The notes below the pieces were generated by a model. It had not been told where the DNA came from and did not search any database. It saw only the letters and a program-made list of their open reading frames with translations. From an uncultured Candidatus Rokubacteria bacterium (GTDB lineage: Bacteria > Methylomirabilota > Methylomirabilia > Rokubacteriales > CSP1-6), in assembly GCA_963789955.1 (NCBI GenBank), contig CAWBMV010000037.1, positions 96,001 through 160,000 on the forward strand: a stretch of DNA of 64,000 nucleotides, written 5' to 3'. The translations under genes and the position numbers were made by a program. Positions 61,990-64,000 of the stretch are shown piece by piece; position 1 is the first letter of the stretch, and the number at the start of each line of letters is the position of its first letter.

Positions 61990-63552
61990 ATGGAAGCGAT
62001 CTCGGACCTGCTGGACCGCCGAGCGCGCGACGACTCGGCGAAACCGTTCTGCGTGTTCGACGGCTCAGTGGTCTCTTTCGGTGAGCTCCAGCAGCGAGTG
62101 AACAGTCTGGCTACAGGCTTCGCCGCCCTCGGCATCCGCTCCGGCGACCGCGTCGCGGTCATGCTCGCGAATCACCCCGAGCACCTCGTGGTCTTTCTGG
62201 CGCTCGTGAGGCTCGGAGCGACGCAGATCCCCGTCAACGTCCATCTCCGCGGGCTCGGGCTCGAGTACGTCCTGGCGCACTCCGAGGCGCGGGTCGTTGT
62301 GGCCGACGAGTGCTTTGCTCCGCTACTAGTCGCGCTGCTGCCGAAGAGCTCGATCGGGCTCTCCGTCTGGCGAGGCACGCCAACGCCGGCCGTCGGGCCG
62401 GCACGCTCGATCAGCCTCCTCGACGTCGCCGCGGCCGGCACGTCCGCCGGGCCGCCGAGCACACCGGATGCCGACCGCATCGTGTCGATCACCTACACCT
62501 CGGGCACGACCGGGCCGCCCAAAGGCGTCATGCTCGGCGAGAAGCCCTACTTGATGGCCGGCCATGTGGCCGGGCAGCTTGCCGCAGTTCGTGCGGGCGA
62601 CGTGATGCTCACGTGGGAGCCGCTCTATCACATCGGAGGTAGTCAGGTGATCGTCACCTGCCTCCAGCACGGCGTGTTGATGGCGCTGCTCGAGCGATTC
62701 AGCGCGTCCTCGTTCTGGGATGAGGCGCGGCGCTATCGGGCGACCCAGATGCACTACCTCGGCGGCGTACTCGGCCTGCTTCTCAAGCAACCGCCGCGGC
62801 CCGACGATCGGGAACACGCCGTGCGCATCGCATGGGGCGGCGGCGCCCCCGCGCATCTCTGGGAGCCCTTCGAGCGCCGGTTTGGCGCTCGCATTCATGA
62901 ATGCTACGGCATGACCGAAGCCGCGAGCTTCAGCACGATCAATCTCGCAGGACGCGTGGGCTCGATCGGCCGCCCGGTCCCGCACTTCGAGGTGAAGATC
63001 CTCACCGAGGACGGACGGCCGGCCGCGACCCACGAGACGGGACAGATCGTCGTGCGCGAGCGGGAGCCCGGGCTCCTCATGAAGGGATACTTCAAGGACC
63101 CCGAGCGCACGGCCGAGACCTTGCGCGACGGCTGGCTCTACACCGGCGACTTCGGCGCGACTGACGCCGACGGCTTTCTCTATTTCGCCGGCCGGCGGCG
63201 CGACCGCCTGCGGCGCCGCGGCGAGAACGTCTCGGCATGGGAGATCGAGCAGGTGGTCTCGATGCACGCCGACGTCGAGGCGTGCGCCGCGATCGGCGTG
63301 TCGTCCGACGTGGGCGACGAGGACATCAAGGTGTTCGTGAAGCCGGTCGGCGGAAAGCGGATCGAGCCCCTGGATCTCATTCGCTGGTGCGAGCAGCACC
63401 TCGCCTACTTCCAGATCCCGCGCTACATCGAGCTGGTCGACGCGTTCCCGCTGACGCCCACCGAGCGAATCCGCAAGGACCAGCTCTCGCCGTCGATCAC
63501 GTCGTGCTTCGATCTCGAGCACTCCGGTTACCGAGCCCGGCGCTCGAAGTAG
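61990..63552 (+). CDS. ATP-dependent acyl-CoA ligase (CaiC-like)
   Basis: YTSGTTGPPKG, YGMTE, TGD, RRRGENVS. Confidence 0.9.
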   Translation: MEAISDLLDRRARDDSAKPFCVFDGSVVSFGELQQRVNSLATGFAALGIRSGDRVAVMLANHPEHLVVFLALVRLGATQIPVNVHLRGLGLEYVLAHSEARVVVADECFAPLLVALLPKSSIGLSVWRGTPTPAVGPARSISLLDVAAAGTSAGPPSTPDADRIVSITYTSGTTGPPKGVMLGEKPYLMAGHVAGQLAAVRAGDVMLTWEPLYHIGGSQVIVTCLQHGVLMALLERFSASSFWDEARRYRATQMHYLGGVLGLLLKQPPRPDDREHAVRIAWGGGAPAHLWEPFERRFGARIHECYGMTEAASFSTINLAGRVGSIGRPVPHFEVKILTEDGRPAATHETGQIVVREREPGLLMKGYFKDPERTAETLRDGWLYTGDFGATDADGFLYFAGRRRDRLRRRGENVSAWEIEQVVSMHADVEACAAIGVSSDVGDEDIKVFVKPVGGKRIEPLDLIRWCEQHLAYFQIPRYIELVDAFPLTPTERIRKDQLSPSITSCFDLEHSGYRARRSK

Positions 63553-63647
63553 CCAGACCCGCCCCGGAGCGTATTGACGCTGATCCTCCGGCCGCATAGC
63601 ATGAGGGCCGCTCGGCTCCGTACCCAGCCCTTCGGTGGAGGATCACG

Positions 63648-64000
63648 ATGACACGAGCTCGGAATGCTCTGCTGGCAGCTCTCCTGGTGGTCGGGCTCAC
63701 CACGCCGGCTCTGGCCCAGAAGCCCGTAAAGATCGGCGTCCTCACGCCGCTCTCGCCGCCCGGAGACGCGGCTGCCGGACAGTTCATCGTCCGCGGCGCC
63801 AAGATGGGCGCGGAGGAAGTAAATGCGCGCGGCGGCGTCCTCGGCGGGCGGAAGATCGAGCTGGTCATCGAGGACGACTCCGGCACGCCGGAGAAGGGCG
63901 CGGCCGGCTTTCGCAAGCTCGCGTCTCAGGACCAGGCGGTCGCCGTCGTCGGTCAATTCCACAGCTCGGTGATGACGGCCGTGCAGGTCCTCGCCGAACA
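63648..64000 (+). CDS. Branched-chain amino acid-type ABC substrate-binding protein (partial)
   Basis: GGAGG RBS, signal peptide, KIGVLTPLS, N.RGGVLG..IELVIEDD, VVGQFHS. Confidence 0.85.
   Translation, partial: MTRARNALLAALLVVGLTTPALAQKPVKIGVLTPLSPPGDAAAGQFIVRGAKMGAEEVNARGGVLGGRKIELVIEDDSGTPEKGAAGFRKLASQDQAVAVVGQFHSSVMTAVQVLAE

Overview
High-GC (about 70% by eye) bacterial chromosomal window, densely coding. Gene style resembles soil Methylomirabilota/'Ca. Rokubacteria' (inference, not verified). Many otherwise intact genes carry single-base indels in clusters, which looks like long-read assembly error rather than decay. Contents in order: a family-B DNA polymerase, a CX5R phosphatase and an SplB-like radical SAM gene; a coupled moeA-tldD-like-rhodanese-pmbA-like-split transketolase-mug operon; fumC, a NiCoT-like transporter and an ABC-2 system; a cell-surface glycosylation block; cinA-like, SDR, uppP, tatD and a canonical tldD/pmbA pair; a vanadium haloperoxidase-like gene; a Phd-VapC TA pair; a TPP riboswitch with thiSGEO; a Rieske oxygenase; acyl-CoA ligases; a sugar ABC transporter with a GH51; mutY/mutT; a catB-like enolase; and a DUF222-HNH endonuclease. 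The best hidden signal is the small exported rhodanese at 8042-8464, between the non-canonical TldD/PmbA genes. It has an in-frame UGA at the catalytic Cys position (VVFY-U-TCPH) followed by a bacterial SECIS-like hairpin, so it is a probable selenoprotein that the ORF caller truncates. It also has a second in-frame stop (UAG). Many genes appear leaderless. I saw no rRNA, tRNA or CRISPR array.
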